A stretch of DNA of 64,000 bases from the human T2T-CHM13v2.0 reference genome, Homo sapiens. The stretch spans positions 5,952,001-6,016,000 of the forward strand of contig CP068257.2 in the NCBI GenBank assembly GCA_009914755.4, given 5' to 3'. Position 1 is the first letter of the stretch; each line of letters starts with the position of its first letter. This document shows positions 44,901 through 60,867 of this stretch, in pieces. A program made the position numbers and the translations under genes. The notes beneath the pieces were generated by a model, which had not been told where the DNA came from, searched no databases, and saw only the letters and a list, made by a program, of their open reading frames with translations.

Positions 44901-47499
44901 TCAGTCCATTCATGTCCATTCAATTCTATTCCATTCCATCAGAATCCATTCCATTGCAATCCATTCCACAGGAGTTCGTTCCATTCGAGTTCATTCCATT
45001 CCAGTTCATTGCGTTTCAGTCCATTCCATGTGATTCCATTCCATTTGATTCTATTCCATTCCAATCCATTCCATTCCATTTGACTCCATTCGATTCCGTT
45101 CTATAACATTCCATTCAATTTCATTCCATTTCATTCGAGTTCATTTCATTGGAGTCCATTCCATTCTAGTCCATTCAATTCCACACCATTTTATTTGGTT
45201 CCCTTCTATTAGATTGCATTCCATTCCATTCAATTCCATGAGATTCCATTCAATTTCATTATATTCCATTCCATTCTATTCCATTCCATTCCACTTGAGA
45301 CTGTTCCATTCCATTCCATTCCTTTCCATTTGACTCCATTCCATTCGATTCCATTCCATTCTAATCCATTCATTTCCAGTCCATTCCATTAGATTCCATT
45401 CCATTCCTTTCCATTCGAATCCGTTCTGTTCCATTCCTTTCCATTTCATTCTATTCTTTTCCATTCAATTCGATTCCATTAGATTCTCTTACATGCCATT
45501 CCATTCCATTTGATTCCATTGCGTTCCATTCAATTCCATTCCATTTCATTCCATTGGAATCCATTCCGATCAATTCCATTCCATTCCAATCCATTCTATT
45601 CCATTCGAGTCAATTCCATTCCTTTCCATTTTTTTCTGTTCTATTCCATTCCCTTTGAGTCCATTCGATTCGAGTCCTCTCAATTCCATTCCATTCCATT
45701 CTATTCTTTTACATTATAATCTATTCCATTCCATTTCATTCCATTCGATTTGATTCGATTCCATTCCATTCGCATCCATTGCATTCAATTTCAATCCATT
45801 CGAGTCCATTCCATTCGAGTTCATTACATTCCAGTCCATTCCAATGCATTCCATTCCTTTCTATTGCATTGGATTTCATTCCATTCGATTAAATTGCATT
45901 CGATTCCTTTGCACTGGAGTGCATTCCACTCGAGTCCATTCCATTCCAATCCATTACATTCTATTCCATTCCATTCCATTCCATTTAATTCCATACTAGT
46001 CTTTCCATTGCATTAAATTCCACTCCATTCTATCCCATTACATTTGACTGGACAGCGTTCGATTCGTACACATTCAATTCGACGCCATTTCATTCGATTC
46101 CATTCCATTCTATTCCATTCCATTCGAGTCCATTCCATTCCATACGATTCGACTCAATTCAGTCCACTCCTTTCTAATCCTTTCCAGTCCACTGCATTCC
46201 ATCCCATTCTATTCAATTCCATTCCATTTTATTCGATTCCATTCCATGCAATTCCATTCCATTCGAAACCATTCCATTCCTTTCCATTCCATTCAATTCC
46301 ATTTCATTCTATTCCATTCCGTTTGAATCCTTTGGATTCCATTCCATTCCATTCAGTTGGTTTTCAATCAGTTCCTTTCCGTTCCATTTGATTCCATTCC
46401 ATTCCTTTCTATTTTATTTGATTCGATTCCATTTGATTGCATTCCGTTCAAGTACATTCCATGGGAGTCCATTCCATTCACTACCATTCTATTCCAATCG
46501 ATTCCATTATATTTGATTCGATTCGATTCGATTCCATTCCATTCCATTCCATTCCATTCCATTGCTTTCCATTAGAGACCATTCCATTCCAGTCCGTTTC
46601 ATTTGAGTCCATCTCATTCCAGTCCATTCCATTTGATTCCATTCCCTTGGATTCCATTCCATTGTATTCCGTTCCATTGGATTCCATTCCATTCTATTTC
46701 ATTCCATTGGATTCCATTCCAATAGAGCCCACTACATTCGAGTCCTTTCCAATCCATTCTTTTCCTTTCCATTCCATTCCATTTCATTCCTTTCCGTTAT
46801 ATAACATTACATTCGAAACCATTCCATTCAAATCCATTCCATTACAATCAATTACATTCCACTCCATTACATTCAAGTCCATTCCTTTCCATTCCATTCC
46901 AATCCATTTTATTCCATTCGAGTCCATTCCATTCGATTCCATTTCATTCCAGCCCATAATATTCGAGTCCTTTCCATTCCATTACACTCCACTCCATTTG
47001 TGTCTATTCCATTCGAGTACATTCCATTTGAATCAATTCCATTCCATTCCATTCCATTCCATTCCATTCCATTCCATTCCATTCCATTCCTCTCAATTCC
47101 ATTCAATTCCATTCCATTCAAGACTCTTCCATTCCAAACCATTCTATTCGAATCCATTCCGGTAGATTCCATTCCATTCAATTCTATTACTTTCGATTCC
47201 ATACCATTCGAGTCCATTCCTTTCCAGTCCATTATAATCGAGTCCATTTCATTCAAATCCATTCCACTCCATTTGATTCCATTCCATTCGATCCCATTGC
47301 ACTCAATTCCATTCATTTCGATTCCATTCTATTCAACACTGTTCCACTCCTCTCCATTCCTTTCTAGTCCATTCCATTATAGTCCATTCAATTCTAGTGA
47401 ATTCCGTTCTATTCTATTGTATTTCATTCCATTCCCTTCCTTTCATTTCCATTCCATTCCATTCCATTCCATTCCATTCCATTCCATTCCATTGCGTTC

Positions 47500-49700
47500 T
47501 ATTCCATTCCATTCAATTCTATTCCATTCCATCCCATCCCATTCCGTACCATTCGATTACATTCCATTCGATTCCATTCTATTCAACAAAGTTGCGTTCC
47601 CGTCCATTCTATTCATGTCCATTTGATTCGGTTACATTCCTTTTGATTCCACTCCTTCCTATTCCCTTCCATTCGATTCTATTGCATTGCTGTTCGTTAT
47701 ATTCGATTCCATTCCATACCATTGCAGTCCATTCCATTCTATTTGATTCCGTTCCATTTGATCCCATTCCACTCAATAATATTCTATTAGATTCCCTTCC
47801 ATTCGAGTCCATTCGATTCCATACTATTCCATTCCATTGGTTTCCATTCAATTCCATTCCATTCGAGTCCATTCCACTACAGTACATCACATTCAAGTCT
47901 TTTCCATTCCATTCCATTGCATTCCATTCCATTCCTTCCATTTACATTTTATTCCATTCCATTCCATTCCATTCCAATCGATTCCATTCCATTTCTTTCC
48001 TTTTGATTCCATTTCATTCTGTTCCATTCCATACCATTCCATTCCATTCCATACCATTCCATTCCATTCCATTCCATTAGAATCCATTCCAGTAGATTCC
48101 TTTCCATTCAATGCAATTTCGTTCGAGAAAGATGCATTCTTTTCTATTCCATTCATGTACATTCAATTTGATTTCATTCCATTCAATTCTATTCCTAACT
48201 ATTTTATTCCAGTCAAGTCCATCCCATTCCAGTCCATTACGTTCGAGTGTTTTCCATTCCATTGGTTTCCATTCTATTCAATTCCATTCCTTTCAATTTC
48301 ATTTTATTTGATTCCATTCCTTTTGAGACCTTTCTATTCCAGTGTTCTCCTTTTGAATCCATTACTTTCCAGTCCACTCCATTTTATTCCATTCCATTGG
48401 AATCCATTCCAATGGCGTCCTTTACATTCGAGTCCATTCCATTCGAGTCCATTTCATTCGAGTCCATTCCATTGCAGTCTATTACGTTCGATTTCATTCC
48501 ATTCAATTCCATTGTATTCAACTCCATTCCATTCCATTTGACACCATTCCATTCGAGTCCATTCCATTCGAGGCCATTCCATTCCAGTCGAGTACATTTG
48601 AGTCCATTCCATTCCACTCCATTGCATTCCATTCCATTTCATGCATTTCCATTCTATTCCATTCCATTCCATTCCATTCCATTCCATTCGTTTCCATTCC
48701 ATTTCATTCCTTTTGATTCCATTCCATTCTATTCCATCCCATTACATTCGATTCCATTCCTTTCAATTCCATTCCATTCAATGCCTCTCCATTCGAGAAA
48801 GTTGCATTCTTTTCCATTCCATTCATGATCATTCGATTCGATTCCATTCCATTCTATTCCATTCCATTCGATTTTATTCCAGTTGAGTACATTCCAATCC
48901 AGTCCATTTTTTTCGAGTGTTTTCCATTGCATTCAATTCCATTCCTTTCCATTTCATTCCGTTTTATTCCAATCCATTCAAGACAATTCTATTCCAGTCT
49001 ACTCCATTTGAATCCATTCCATTACAGTCCACTCCATTTGAATGCATTCCATTGGAATCCATTCCAATGCATTCAATTTCATTCGAGTCCATTCCATTCG
49101 AGTCCTTTCCACTCGACTACCTTCCATTCCAGTCCATTACGTTCGATTTCATTTCAATCAGTTCCATTCTATTCCATTCCATTCCATTTCATTTGACAGC
49201 TTTCCATTAGAGGTCATTCCATTCCAGTCCATTACATTCAATTCCATTCCATGCCATTTCCTTGCATTCCAGTGCATTCCCTTCCTTTCATATCCATTCT
49301 ATTCCATTCCATTCCTTTCCATTCGTTTCCATTCCGCTTCATTCCTTGTGATTCCATTCCATTCCATTGTATTCCATTCCATCCCATTCCATTCCACTCT
49401 ATTCCATTCCATTCAATTCCATTCCATTGAATGCCATTCCACTCGAGAAAGTGTCATTCTTGTCCATTCCATTCATGTGCATTTGATTTGATTCCTTTCC
49501 TTTTGATTCTATTCCATTCGATTTTATTCCAGTGGATTCCATTCCATTCCAATCCATTACGTTCGTGTTTTCCATTCCATTCCATTCTATTCCATTCCAT
49601 TCCACTCCATTCCTTTCCATTTCACTCCATTCAATTCCATTCCATTCGAGACCGTTCTATTCCAGGCAACTCCTTTTGAATCCCTTCCATTCCAGTCCAC
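47500..49700. repeat. ~660-bp higher-order repeat (3-4 copies) in domain 2
   Basis: The landmark 'cattcaatgc...ttcgagaaag(a/t)tgcattctt(t/g)tc(t/c)attccattcatg(t/a)' occurs at 48,105, 48,772 and 49,432, with a related copy near 47,565. Shared downstream strings include 'ttttattccagt', 'cattacgttcgagtgttttccatt' and 'cattggaatccattccaatg'. Confidence 0.8.
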
Positions 49701-52700
49701 TCCATTTGATTGCATTCCACTGGAGTCCATTCCTATGGATTCAATTTCTTTCAACTCCATTCCATTCCAGTCCATCTCATTCGAGGCCATTTTATTCCCA
49801 TCCATTACATTCGAGTAAATTCCATTTCATTCAATTCAATTCCGTTTAATTCCAGTTCATTCCATTCAATTCAATTCTATTCCATTCGACTCCTTTCCAT
49901 TCGATTCCATTGCTTGCCAATCCATTTCATTCCATTCCATTCAATAACATTCAATTTGGTTCGATTCCATTCCATTCCATTCCATTCCATTCCATTCCAT
50001 TTCATTCCATTCCTTTCCATTCCGTTCGATTTCATTTCATTCCATTCCATTCCATTCTATTCCGTTCCATTCCATTCCATTCCATTCCATTTAATTCGAT
50101 TCCATTCCATTCAATTCCATTCCATTCATTTCCATTCCATTCCATTCGTGTCCATTCCGTTTGAGTCCATTCCATTCCATTTCATTCCATTCCATTCCTT
50201 CCCTTTCCATTCAATTGGATTCTGTTCCATTCGATTACATTCCGTTCAAATACATTGCTTTTGAGTCCATTCCTTTCGATTACATTCATTTCCATTGAAT
50301 TCCATTCCATTCCTTTCCATTCCATTCGATTCCTTTTGATTCCATTCATTTCGATTCCATTCCAATCGATTCCATTACATAAGATTTGATTCCATTTCAT
50401 TTGGTTCCACTTCATTCAATTCCATTCCATTTGAGTACGTTCGATTCGAATCCATTCAGTTACAGTCGATTGCATTTGATTCCATTCCATTCCATTCCAT
50501 TCCTCTCAATTCCGTTCCTTTCTATTCGATTCAATTCCATTCCATTGCATTCAAATCCATTCCATTTGAGACCGTACCTTTGCAATCCATTCCACTCGAG
50601 TTCATTCCATTCAACTCCATTCCATGCGTTTCCATTCTAATAGATTACCTTCCATTCGATTGCATTCCTTTCGAGTCCATTCCAATGGAGTCCATTCCAT
50701 TCGAGTCCATTCCATTCCAGGACATTCCATTAGAGTCCGTTCCATTCGAGTCCATTCCATTCCAGTGCATTCCATTCGTGTCAATTCCATTCGACTGCAT
50801 TGCCATTCAGTCCATTACATTTGAGTCCCTTCCTTTCCGTTCCGTTCCATTCTGTTCCAGTAGAGTGTATTCCATTCAAATCCATTCCATTACATAACAT
50901 TCCAGTAAATTCCATTTGACTCCATTCCCTTCGAGCCCATTCCATTCCATTCCATTCCGTTCAAGTCCATTCCATTCCATTCTATTCCATTCGATTCCAA
51001 TCCATTCCATTTGATTCCATTCCATTCGAGTCCATTCCATTCGAGTCCATTCCATTCAGGTTCATTGCATTTCAGTCCATTACATTCCAGTCCATTCCAT
51101 TGCATTCCATTCCATTCGTTTCCATTCCTTTCTATTGTATTCCATGCCATTGCATTCCATTTGATTCCATTCCTTTCCTTTCCATTCCATTTCATTCAAT
51201 TCAATTCTTTACCATTCCTTTCCATTTCATTCGTGTCCTTTCAATTCCATTCCGTTCCATTCCATTCCATTCAATTCAATTCCATTCCTTTCTATTCCTT
51301 TCGATTCCATTCCCTTCAAGTCTTTTCCATTCCATTACCATTAATTCCATTCCATTCCGTTACATTCGATTCCATTCCATTCGATTCAATTCCATTCTAT
51401 TCCACTCCTTTTGATTCCATTCCGTTCCATTCCTTTGCATTCCATTCCTTTCCGTTCCATTCCATTCAATTTTATTCCATTCCTTTCTATTTCATTACAT
51501 TCCATTCTGTTCAATTCCACTCCATTCCATTCCGTTCCATTCCATTTGATTCCATTCGATTCCATTGAATTCCATTCCCTTCGTTTCCATTCCATTCCAT
51601 TGCATGCCATTTCAGTCCATTCCATTCCTTTCCGTTCGCTTCCATTGCATTCGAGTTCATTCCATTCGAGTCCATTTCATTTTGGTCCATTACATTCGAG
51701 TCTATTCCATTCCATTTCACTCCATTCCATTCTATTTCATTCCCTTCCATTGCATTATATTCAATTCCATTCAATTCGATTCCATTCCTTTGAAGTCCGT
51801 TCCATTCCATTTGATTCCATTCCATTCCATTCCATTCCATTCCATTCGAGACCGTTCCATTCCAGTCAATTTAATTCGAGTCTATTCGGTTTGATTCCAT
51901 TCCATTAGATTCCATTCCATTCGATTCCACTCCATTAGATTCTATTCCATTTGTTTTCATTCCATTTTATTTCATTCCATTCGACACCATTCCATTCCAT
52001 TCCATTTGAGTCCATTTGATTCTAGTCCGTTACATTCGAGCCCATTGTATTGAAATCCTGTCCATTCAATTCCATTCGATTCCATTCCATTTCATTCCAT
52101 TCCATTCAATTCCATTCCTTTCAATTCTTTTCCATTCGAGACCGTTCCATTCCAGTCCATTCCTTTCAAGTCCATTCCATTCCAGTCTACTCTATTCCAT
52201 TACATTAAATTCAATTCCAATCTTTTCCATTCCATTCAATTCCATTGCTTTCGTATCCATTCCATTCGAGACAGTTCCATTACAGTCCATTCCTTTCGAG
52301 TCCATTTCCATTCCAGTCCATTCCATTATATTCCATTCCATTTGATTCCACTCCATTCACTTACATTCCTCTTTAGGCCATTCCATTCGAGTCCATTCCT
52401 TTCCAGTCCATTCCATTCGAGTTCTTTCCTTTACACTCCATTACATTCCAGTCCATTCCATTCGATTCCATTTTATTTCATTCCATCCCGTCTATTCCAT
52501 AACTTTCGATTGCATTCCATTTGAGTCCATTCCATTTGTGTCCATTCCATTTGAGTCCATTCCATTCGAATACATTCCACTCGAGTCCATTCCATTCGAG
52601 ACCACTCCATTCTATTCCATTCCATTCTACTCCATTCCATTTGATTCCATTCCATTCCATTCCATTTCATTCCATTCTATTCCATTCCATTTCATTCCAT

Positions 52701-55299
52701 TCTATTCCATTCCATTCCTTTGGATTCCATTCAATTCCATTCCATTCGATTCCATTGCATTCAAGTCGTTTCCGTTCAATTCCATTCTATTCCACTCCAT
52801 TCCATTCCACTCTTTTTGATTCAATTCCATCCGATTCCATTCCATGCGTTTCCATTACATTTGATTTGATTGTATTCCATTCTATGCCTTTCCATTCGAT
52901 TCCATTCCATTTGATTAGATTCCATTACAGTCCTTTCCATTCCAGTCCATTCTGATACAGTCCATTCCATTGGAGTCCATTCCCTTCCATTCCATTCTGT
53001 TCTATTCCTTTCTTTTCAATTCGATTCCATTCCATTTTTTTGGATTCCATACCATTGGATTCCATTTCATTCCATTCCATTTTGTTCGATTCTATTCCAA
53101 TCGATTCCATTCCATTCATGTCCATTCCATGCTGTTCCATTCGATTCCCTTCCTTTGCACTCCATTCCATTCCTATCCATTCCATTCGAATTCATTCTGT
53201 TACATTCCATTCCATTCAAGACAGTTGCATTCCAGTCCATTCTATTAATGTCCATTCTATTCGATTCCATCCCATTCTATTCCAATCCATTCTATTCGAT
53301 TCCTTTCGAGTCCATTCCGTTCCAATCCATTGCATTCCAGTCCATTCCATTCCATTACAATTCATTCCATTCCTTTTGATTACATTCCATTCGATTCCAT
53401 TCCATTTGATTCTATTCCATTTGAGACCTTTGCATTCCAGTCCCTTCCTTTTGTGTACATTCCATTCCACTCCATTCCATTCTATACATTGCCTCTCCAT
53501 TCCAGTCCATTCCATTCGAATCTTTTCCAGTCCATTCCAATTCACTCCATTCCTTTCCACTCCATTCAATTCCATTCCATTTTGTTCGATTCCATTTCAT
53601 TCCAGTCCATTCCATTCGAAACATTTCCATTCCAATCAGTTTGATTCTATTTCATTCCTTTCTGTTAAGTTTGATTCCATTCAGTGCCATTCTATTCCAT
53701 TCCATTCCATTCCATTCGATTCCATTCCATTCCATTCCATTACCTTTCATTAAATTATGTTCCATTCCATGCCAATCCATTCGATTCATTTTGATTCAAT
53801 TTCATTCCATTCGATTCCATTCCGTTCAATTCAATTTCATTCAAGTCCATTCTTTTCAATTCCAATACATTCACGTCCATTTTATTTGAGTCGGTTCCAT
53901 TCCTGTCAATTCAATTCGAGTTGATTCCATTGGAGTGCATTGAATTCGAGTCCATTCAATTCCAGACCATTCCATTAGATTCCCTTCCTTTTGATTCCAT
54001 TCCACTCCATTCCATTCCATTCCATTCCATTCCATTCCATTCGAATCGATTTCATTCCATTCCATTGCATTTCATTCCATTCGAGACCGTTCCATTCGAG
54101 TCCATTCCATTCCAGTCCATTCTATTTGATTCCATTCCATTCGATTCCATTCCATTCCAGTGCATCCCTTTCAATTGCATTCCATTCTTTTCCATTCCAT
54201 TCCTTTCCCTTCCATTCGATTCTTTTGCATTCTATTTCATTCCGTTAGATTCCATTACCTTCCTTTCCATTCCATTCTATTCCGTTTCATTCAATTAAAT
54301 TCCATTTCATTCCATTCTATTGTATTCTATTATATTCCATTCAGTTAAAATTCCATTTCATTCAATTCCTTTTGAATGCATTCAATCCCACTCCATTCCA
54401 TTCCATTGGATTCCATTCCATTCAAATCCATTCCATTTAATTGCGTTCCATTAGAGTCCTTTCCATTGGAGAGTATTCCATTCGAGTGCATTCCGTTCGA
54501 CTCTATTCCATTCCATTCGAGTGCATTCCGTTCGACTCTATTCCATTCCATTCGCTTCCATTCCTTTCGATTGCATTCCTTTCGGGTCCATTCCGTTGGA
54601 GTCCATTCCATTCCAGTCGATTCCATTTGACTCCTTTCCATTGCAGTCCATTCCCTTCCAGTCCATTCCATTGCATTCCACTCCATTCGATTATATTACA
54701 TTTGATTCCTTTCCATTCGTTTGCATTCCTTTCGAGTCCATTCCATTGGAGACCATTCCATTCGAGTCCTTTCCATTTGAGACAATTCGAATCCATTCCA
54801 TTCGAGTCCATTCCATTCGAGTCCATTCCATTCCAGTCCATTTCATTCGATTCCATTCCATTCCATTGCATTCCATTTCATTCAATATAATTACTTTCCA
54901 TTTCATTCAACAACTATCCATTCTAGTCCATTCCATTCGAGTTCATTCCATTTCAGTCGATTCCATTCCATTCAATTCCTTTCCATTCGATTGCATTTCA
55001 TTCTATTCCATTCCAAAGTAGTCCATTCCAGTTGAGTCCATCAGATTACATTCGATTTGATTCCATTCCTTTCGATTCCTTTACATTCTATTGCATTCCA
55101 TTCGATTCCATTCCAATAGAGTCCATTCCATTCAAGTCCACCCCATTTGTGTCCATTGCATTCCATGCTATCACATTTGATTCCATTCCATTCCATTACT
55201 TTCCATTCCGTTTGAGTCAATTCCCTTCGAGTCTATGGCATTCCAGTCCATTACATTGGTGTTCATTCAATTCCATTCCATTCCTTTATATTACATTGC

Positions 55300-55900
55300 A
55301 TGCAATTCCATTCCATTCCAGTCTATTCCATTCAAATCAATTCCATTCCATTTCATTCCATTCCATTGGATTCTACTCCATTCGATTCCAGTACGTTTGA
55401 TTCCATTCCATGCCATTCCATTACATTCGTTTCCATTCCATTCCATTCGTTTCCATTTCATTCGATTCCATTCCATTCCTTTCAATTCCATTCCAGTAGA
55501 CTCAATTTGACTCCATTCCTTACCCTTCCATTCCAGTGGATTCCATTCCGTTCGATTCCATTCCATTTGCCTTCATTCCATTGGAGTCCATTCCATTCAA
55601 TTCCATTCAATTCCAAACCATTCCTATCGATTCCCTCCCATTCAATTCCATTCCATTCCACACCATTTGATTCTATACGATTTCATTCCATTCCATTCGA
55701 GACTGTTCCATTGATGTCTATTCCATTCGAGTCCATTCCATTCGAATCCATTCCATTCTATTCCATTCCAGTCCGTTCCATTCTGATCAATTCCATTCCA
55801 TTTCATTCCATTCCATTAGATTCTATTCCATTGGATTCCAGTACGTTTGATTCCATTCCATGCCATTCCATTACATTCATTTCCATTCCATTGCATTCCT
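55300..55900. repeat. ~450-bp local duplication in domain 2
   Basis: 'cattctattccatt(c/g)gattccagtacgtttgattccattccatgccattccattacattc(g/a)tttccattcc' occurs at ~55,365 and ~55,815. Confidence 0.7.
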
Positions 55901-58900
55901 TTCCATTTCATTCAATTCCATTCCATTCCATTCCTTTCCATTCCATTCAATTCCATTGCATTCGATTCCATTCCATTGAATTGCATTCCATTCGAGGCTG
56001 TTCCTTTCTAGTCCATTCCTTTTGATTCCATTCCATTCCATTCCATTCCATTCCATTCCATTCCATTCCATTCCTTTCGAATCCATTCCTTTCGAGTCCT
56101 TTACATTCCAGTCCATTCCTTTCGAGTCATTCCATTGCAGTCCTTTCCCTTCCAGTCCATTCCATTCCTTTCCACTCCATTCGCTTCCATTCCATTCGAC
56201 TGCATTTCATTCAAATCCATTCCATTGGAGACCATTCCTTTTGAGTCCATTCCATTTAAGACCATTCGAGTCCATTCCATTTGGATGCATTTCATTCGAG
56301 TCCATTCCATTCGAGTACAGTCTGTTCCTGTTCATTGCATTCAATTACTTTCCATTCCATTCCATTGCATTCCATTCCATTCTATTCCATTCCATTCCTT
56401 TCCATTCCATTCCATTCCATTCCCTTCCACTCGAGACCATTCCATTCCAGTCCATTCCATTCGTGTCCATTCCATTCCTGTCCATTCCATTCGATTCCAT
56501 CCCATTCGACTCCATTCCATTTGATTCCATTCTATTCAAGTGCATTGCATTCGGGGCCATTCCAAAGGAGTCTGTTACATTCGAGTCCGATAGATTACAT
56601 TCTAATCGATTGCATTCCATTCGATTCCTTTCCAATCGATTGCATTCCATTCGAGTCCATTCCGTTTGAATTCATTCCATTCAAGTCCATTCCATACGAG
56701 TCCATTGCATTCCAGTCCATTGCGTTCGATTCCATTGCCTTCCAGTCCATTACATTCGATTCCATTCCATTCCATTCTACTCCATTCCTTTCCATTCCTT
56801 TCCTTTCCTTTCCATTCCATTCGAGTCCATTCCCTTCAAGTCTGAGCCATTTCATTCTATTATATTCGAATCCATTCCATTCCATTCCGTTCGAGTCCAT
56901 TCCATTCAAGTCTATTACATTTGAGTCCATTCCGTCCATTCCATTCTACGTGATTCCATTCCATTCCAGTTCAATAAATTCGAATTAATTCCATTCCATT
57001 GCACTTTATTCCATCTGATTCTATTCCATTCGATTCCATTCCGTTTGATTCCAATCCTTGCCTTTCCCTGCCATTTGATTCCATTCCATTCCATATCTTC
57101 CCATTCCATTCCATTCCATTCTACTCGAGACCGTTCCATTCAAGTCCTTTAAATTCGTTCCATTCCACTCTATTCCATTCCTTTTGATTCCATTCTATTC
57201 TATTACATTCCGTTCTAGTCCATTCCATTTGTCTCTATTCCATTCGATTCCAATCCATACGAGTCTATTTCATTGGATACAGTTCCATTCCAGTCCATCC
57301 ATTTTGAGTCCATTCCATTCCACTTCAGTCCATTCTATTCCATTCGATTCCCTTCCATTTGAGTCCATTCCCATCCTTACCATTCATTGTGATTCCATTC
57401 CATTGGATTCCATTCCATTTGATTCTATTCCATTCGACTCCATTCCATTTGAGTCCATTCCATTCCAGTCCATTAATGTGAGTACATTCCACTCCATTCT
57501 AGTCCATTCCATCGAGTCCATGTCATTTCATTCCATTGCATTCCATTGCATTCCATTCCATTCCATTCCATTCCATTCCATTCCATTTGATTGCATTTCA
57601 TTTTATTCCATTCCTTTTGAGTCCATTCCATTCCAGTCCATTCCATTCGAGTCCATTCCATTCGATTCTATTGCATTCCAGTCCATTCCTTTTGATTCCA
57701 TTCCATTCGATTCCATTCCATTCGAGTCCATTCCATTCGAGTCCCTTCCTTTCGAGTCCATTCGATTACAGTCCATTCCATTCCACTCCATTCCTTTCCA
57801 TTGCATTCCATTCCATCTGATTGTGTTCCATTCGAGTCAATTCCATTCAAGTCCATTCCCTTCTAGTCATTTACATTCGAGTACATTCCAATCCTATCCA
57901 TCCATTTTGTTCCATTCCATTCGAGTCCATTCCATTCTAGTCCATTCCAATACAATCCATTACAATCGAGTCCATCCCATTATTTATGATTCCATTCCAT
58001 TACATTGCATTCGAATCCATTCCATTTGAGTCCATTCTTTCGAGTCCATTCCATTGCACTCCATTCCATAAGATTCCATCCCATTCGAGTCCATCCTACT
58101 CGATTGCATTCCATTCGAGACCATTTGGTTTAATTCCATTCCACTCGAGTCCATTCCATTCAAATCCTTTTCATTCAAGTCCATTTCATTCAAGTACATT
58201 CCATTCCAGTCCCTTATATTCGAGTATATTCCATTCCATTCGATTTCATTCCATTCCATTCCATTCTATTCTATTTGATTCCATTCCATTTCACTCCATT
58301 CCATGTGTGTCCATTTGATTCCAGTCTTTTCCTTTACAGTCCTTTACATTCGAGTCCATTGCATTCCATTCCACTCCGTTTGATTCCATTCCATTTGATT
58401 GCATTTCATTCCCTTCGAATCCATTCCATTTGATTCCATTCCATTCGATTGCATTCCTTTCAAGTCCATTCCATTGGAGTCCATTCCATTCGAGTCCATT
58501 CCATTTCAGTCCATTCCATTTGATTCGATTCCAATCCATTCCATTCTCTTCCATTCCATTCCATGCGAAACCGTTCCCTTCTAGTTCACTTCATTCAATT
58601 CCTTTCTATTAGATTCCATTCCAATCAATTGCATTCCATTCGTGTCCATTCCTTTCGAGTACATTCCATTCAAATCCATTCCATTCTAGTCCATAGCATT
58701 CCATTCCATTACATTAGAGTCCATTCCATTCCATTCCATTCTATTCTGTTCCATTGCATTCCATTGCATTCGATTCCATTCCATTCGGGTCCATTCCATT
58801 CGAGCCCATTCCATTCCATTCCATTCGAGTCCGTTTCACCCCATTCCATTCCAGGCCAGTCCATTCCATTCGGTCCCATTCTAATTGATTCCATTAAATT

Positions 58901-60867
58901 TGATTCGATTCGATTCCATTCCATTCCATTCCAGTCCTTTCTATTGCATTTCATTGCATTCCATTCCATTCGATTCCATTCCATTCAATTCATTTACATT
59001 CTGCTCGATTCCATTCCATTCAATTTGTTTCCATTGCATTCCACTCCATTCCATTCCATTGCGTTCCTTTCCATTCCATTTAATTGCATTCAATTCAATT
59101 CCATTCCATTCCAATCCATTCCATTCCATTCCATTCCATTGCATTCAATTCCATTCCATTCGACTCCAGTCCTTTGGAGTCCATTCCTTTCCATTCCATT
59201 CCATTGCATTCAATTCCATTTCATTCGACTCCAGTGCTTTGGAGTCCATTCCATTCCATTCCATTCCACTCCACTGCACTAAACTCCATTCCATCCACTC
59301 CATTTCCTTCCATTCCACTCCTTTGGAATCCATTAACTCCATTCCATTCTATTCCATTCCATTCCATTGCATTACATTCCACTCCACTCCATTACACTCC
59401 ATTCCGTTCAATTCCACTCCTTCCCCTTCCATTATATTTGACTCCATTAAACTCCACACCCCTCCTCTACATTCAATTCCATTCCACCCCATTCCATTCC
59501 AGTCTATTACACTCCACTCCACTTCACCGCAATCCATTCGATTCCATTTGGTGCCGTTCGAATCCTTTCAATTTGATTCCATTCCATTTGATTCCATTCC
59601 ATTCGATTCCATTCCATTTAATTAGATTCCACTCCATTTGATTCCATTCCATTCGATCCCTTTTCATTTGATTTCATTCCATTCGATTCTGTTACATTCG
59701 ATTCTGTTCCATTCCATTCCATTGGATTCCATTCCGTTCCGTTCCATTCCATTCAATTCCTTTCCAGTCCATTCCTTTCCAGTCCATTACAATCGATTCC
59801 ATTCAATTGAATTCAATTCCACTAGATTCCATTCCGTTCAAGTCCATTTCATTCGAGTCCATTCAATTCCAGTCCATTCCATTCGAGTTCATTCCATTTG
59901 CTTCCATTCTTTTCCATTATATTACATTACATTACATTCTATTATATTTGATTCCAATCCATTCGAGTCGATTCCATTCCAGTCTATTCCATTCGATTCC
60001 ATTCTATTGAATTCCATTCCATTTGATTCCATTACATTAGATTCCATTCCATTCTATTGCATTCCATTCGAGTTCTTTCCATTCCAATCCATTCCATTCG
60101 AGTCCACTCAATTCCAGTCCATTACGTTTGGGTCCATTCCATTTCATTCCATTCTATTCCATTCCATTCCATTCCATTCCATTCCATTCTGTCCGATTCC
60201 ATTCCATTAGATTTCATTCCATTAGATTCTTTACCGTTTATCTCCATTCCACTCAATTACATTCCATTCGATTCCATTCCATTCCATTCCATACCATTCC
60301 ATTCCATTCGATTGCATTCCTTTCTATTCCATTCCATTCGGTTCTATTGCCATCGATTCCATTCCTTTCGATTCCTTTCCTTTTTAGTCCGTTCTATTCG
60401 AGTCCATTCCATTCGAGTCCATTCTATTCTATTGGATTCCATTCGAGACCATTCCATTCCATTTCATTCCATTAGATTCCATTCCATTCAAGACTTCCAC
60501 TCGATTCCATTCCTTTTGATTCCATTCCATTTCATTCCATTCCATTGCATTCCATTTGATTGCATTCCATTCAATTCCATTCCATTAAGTTAGATTTCAT
60601 TCCATTCTATTCCATTCTATTCAATTCCTTTCCTTTCGAGTCCTTTCCATTTGAGTTCATTCTAATCAATTCCATTTCCTTCCAGTCCATTCCATTCGAT
60701 TCCTTTCCATTCGATTCTATTCCATTCGATTCCATCCCGTTCGATTCCATTCCGTTCGATTACATGCCATTTGAGTCCATCCAATTGAATCCATTCAACT
60801 TCAGTCCATTGTATTAGAATCCATTCTATTCGTGTCCATTCCATTCCATTCCATTTTATTCCATTCG

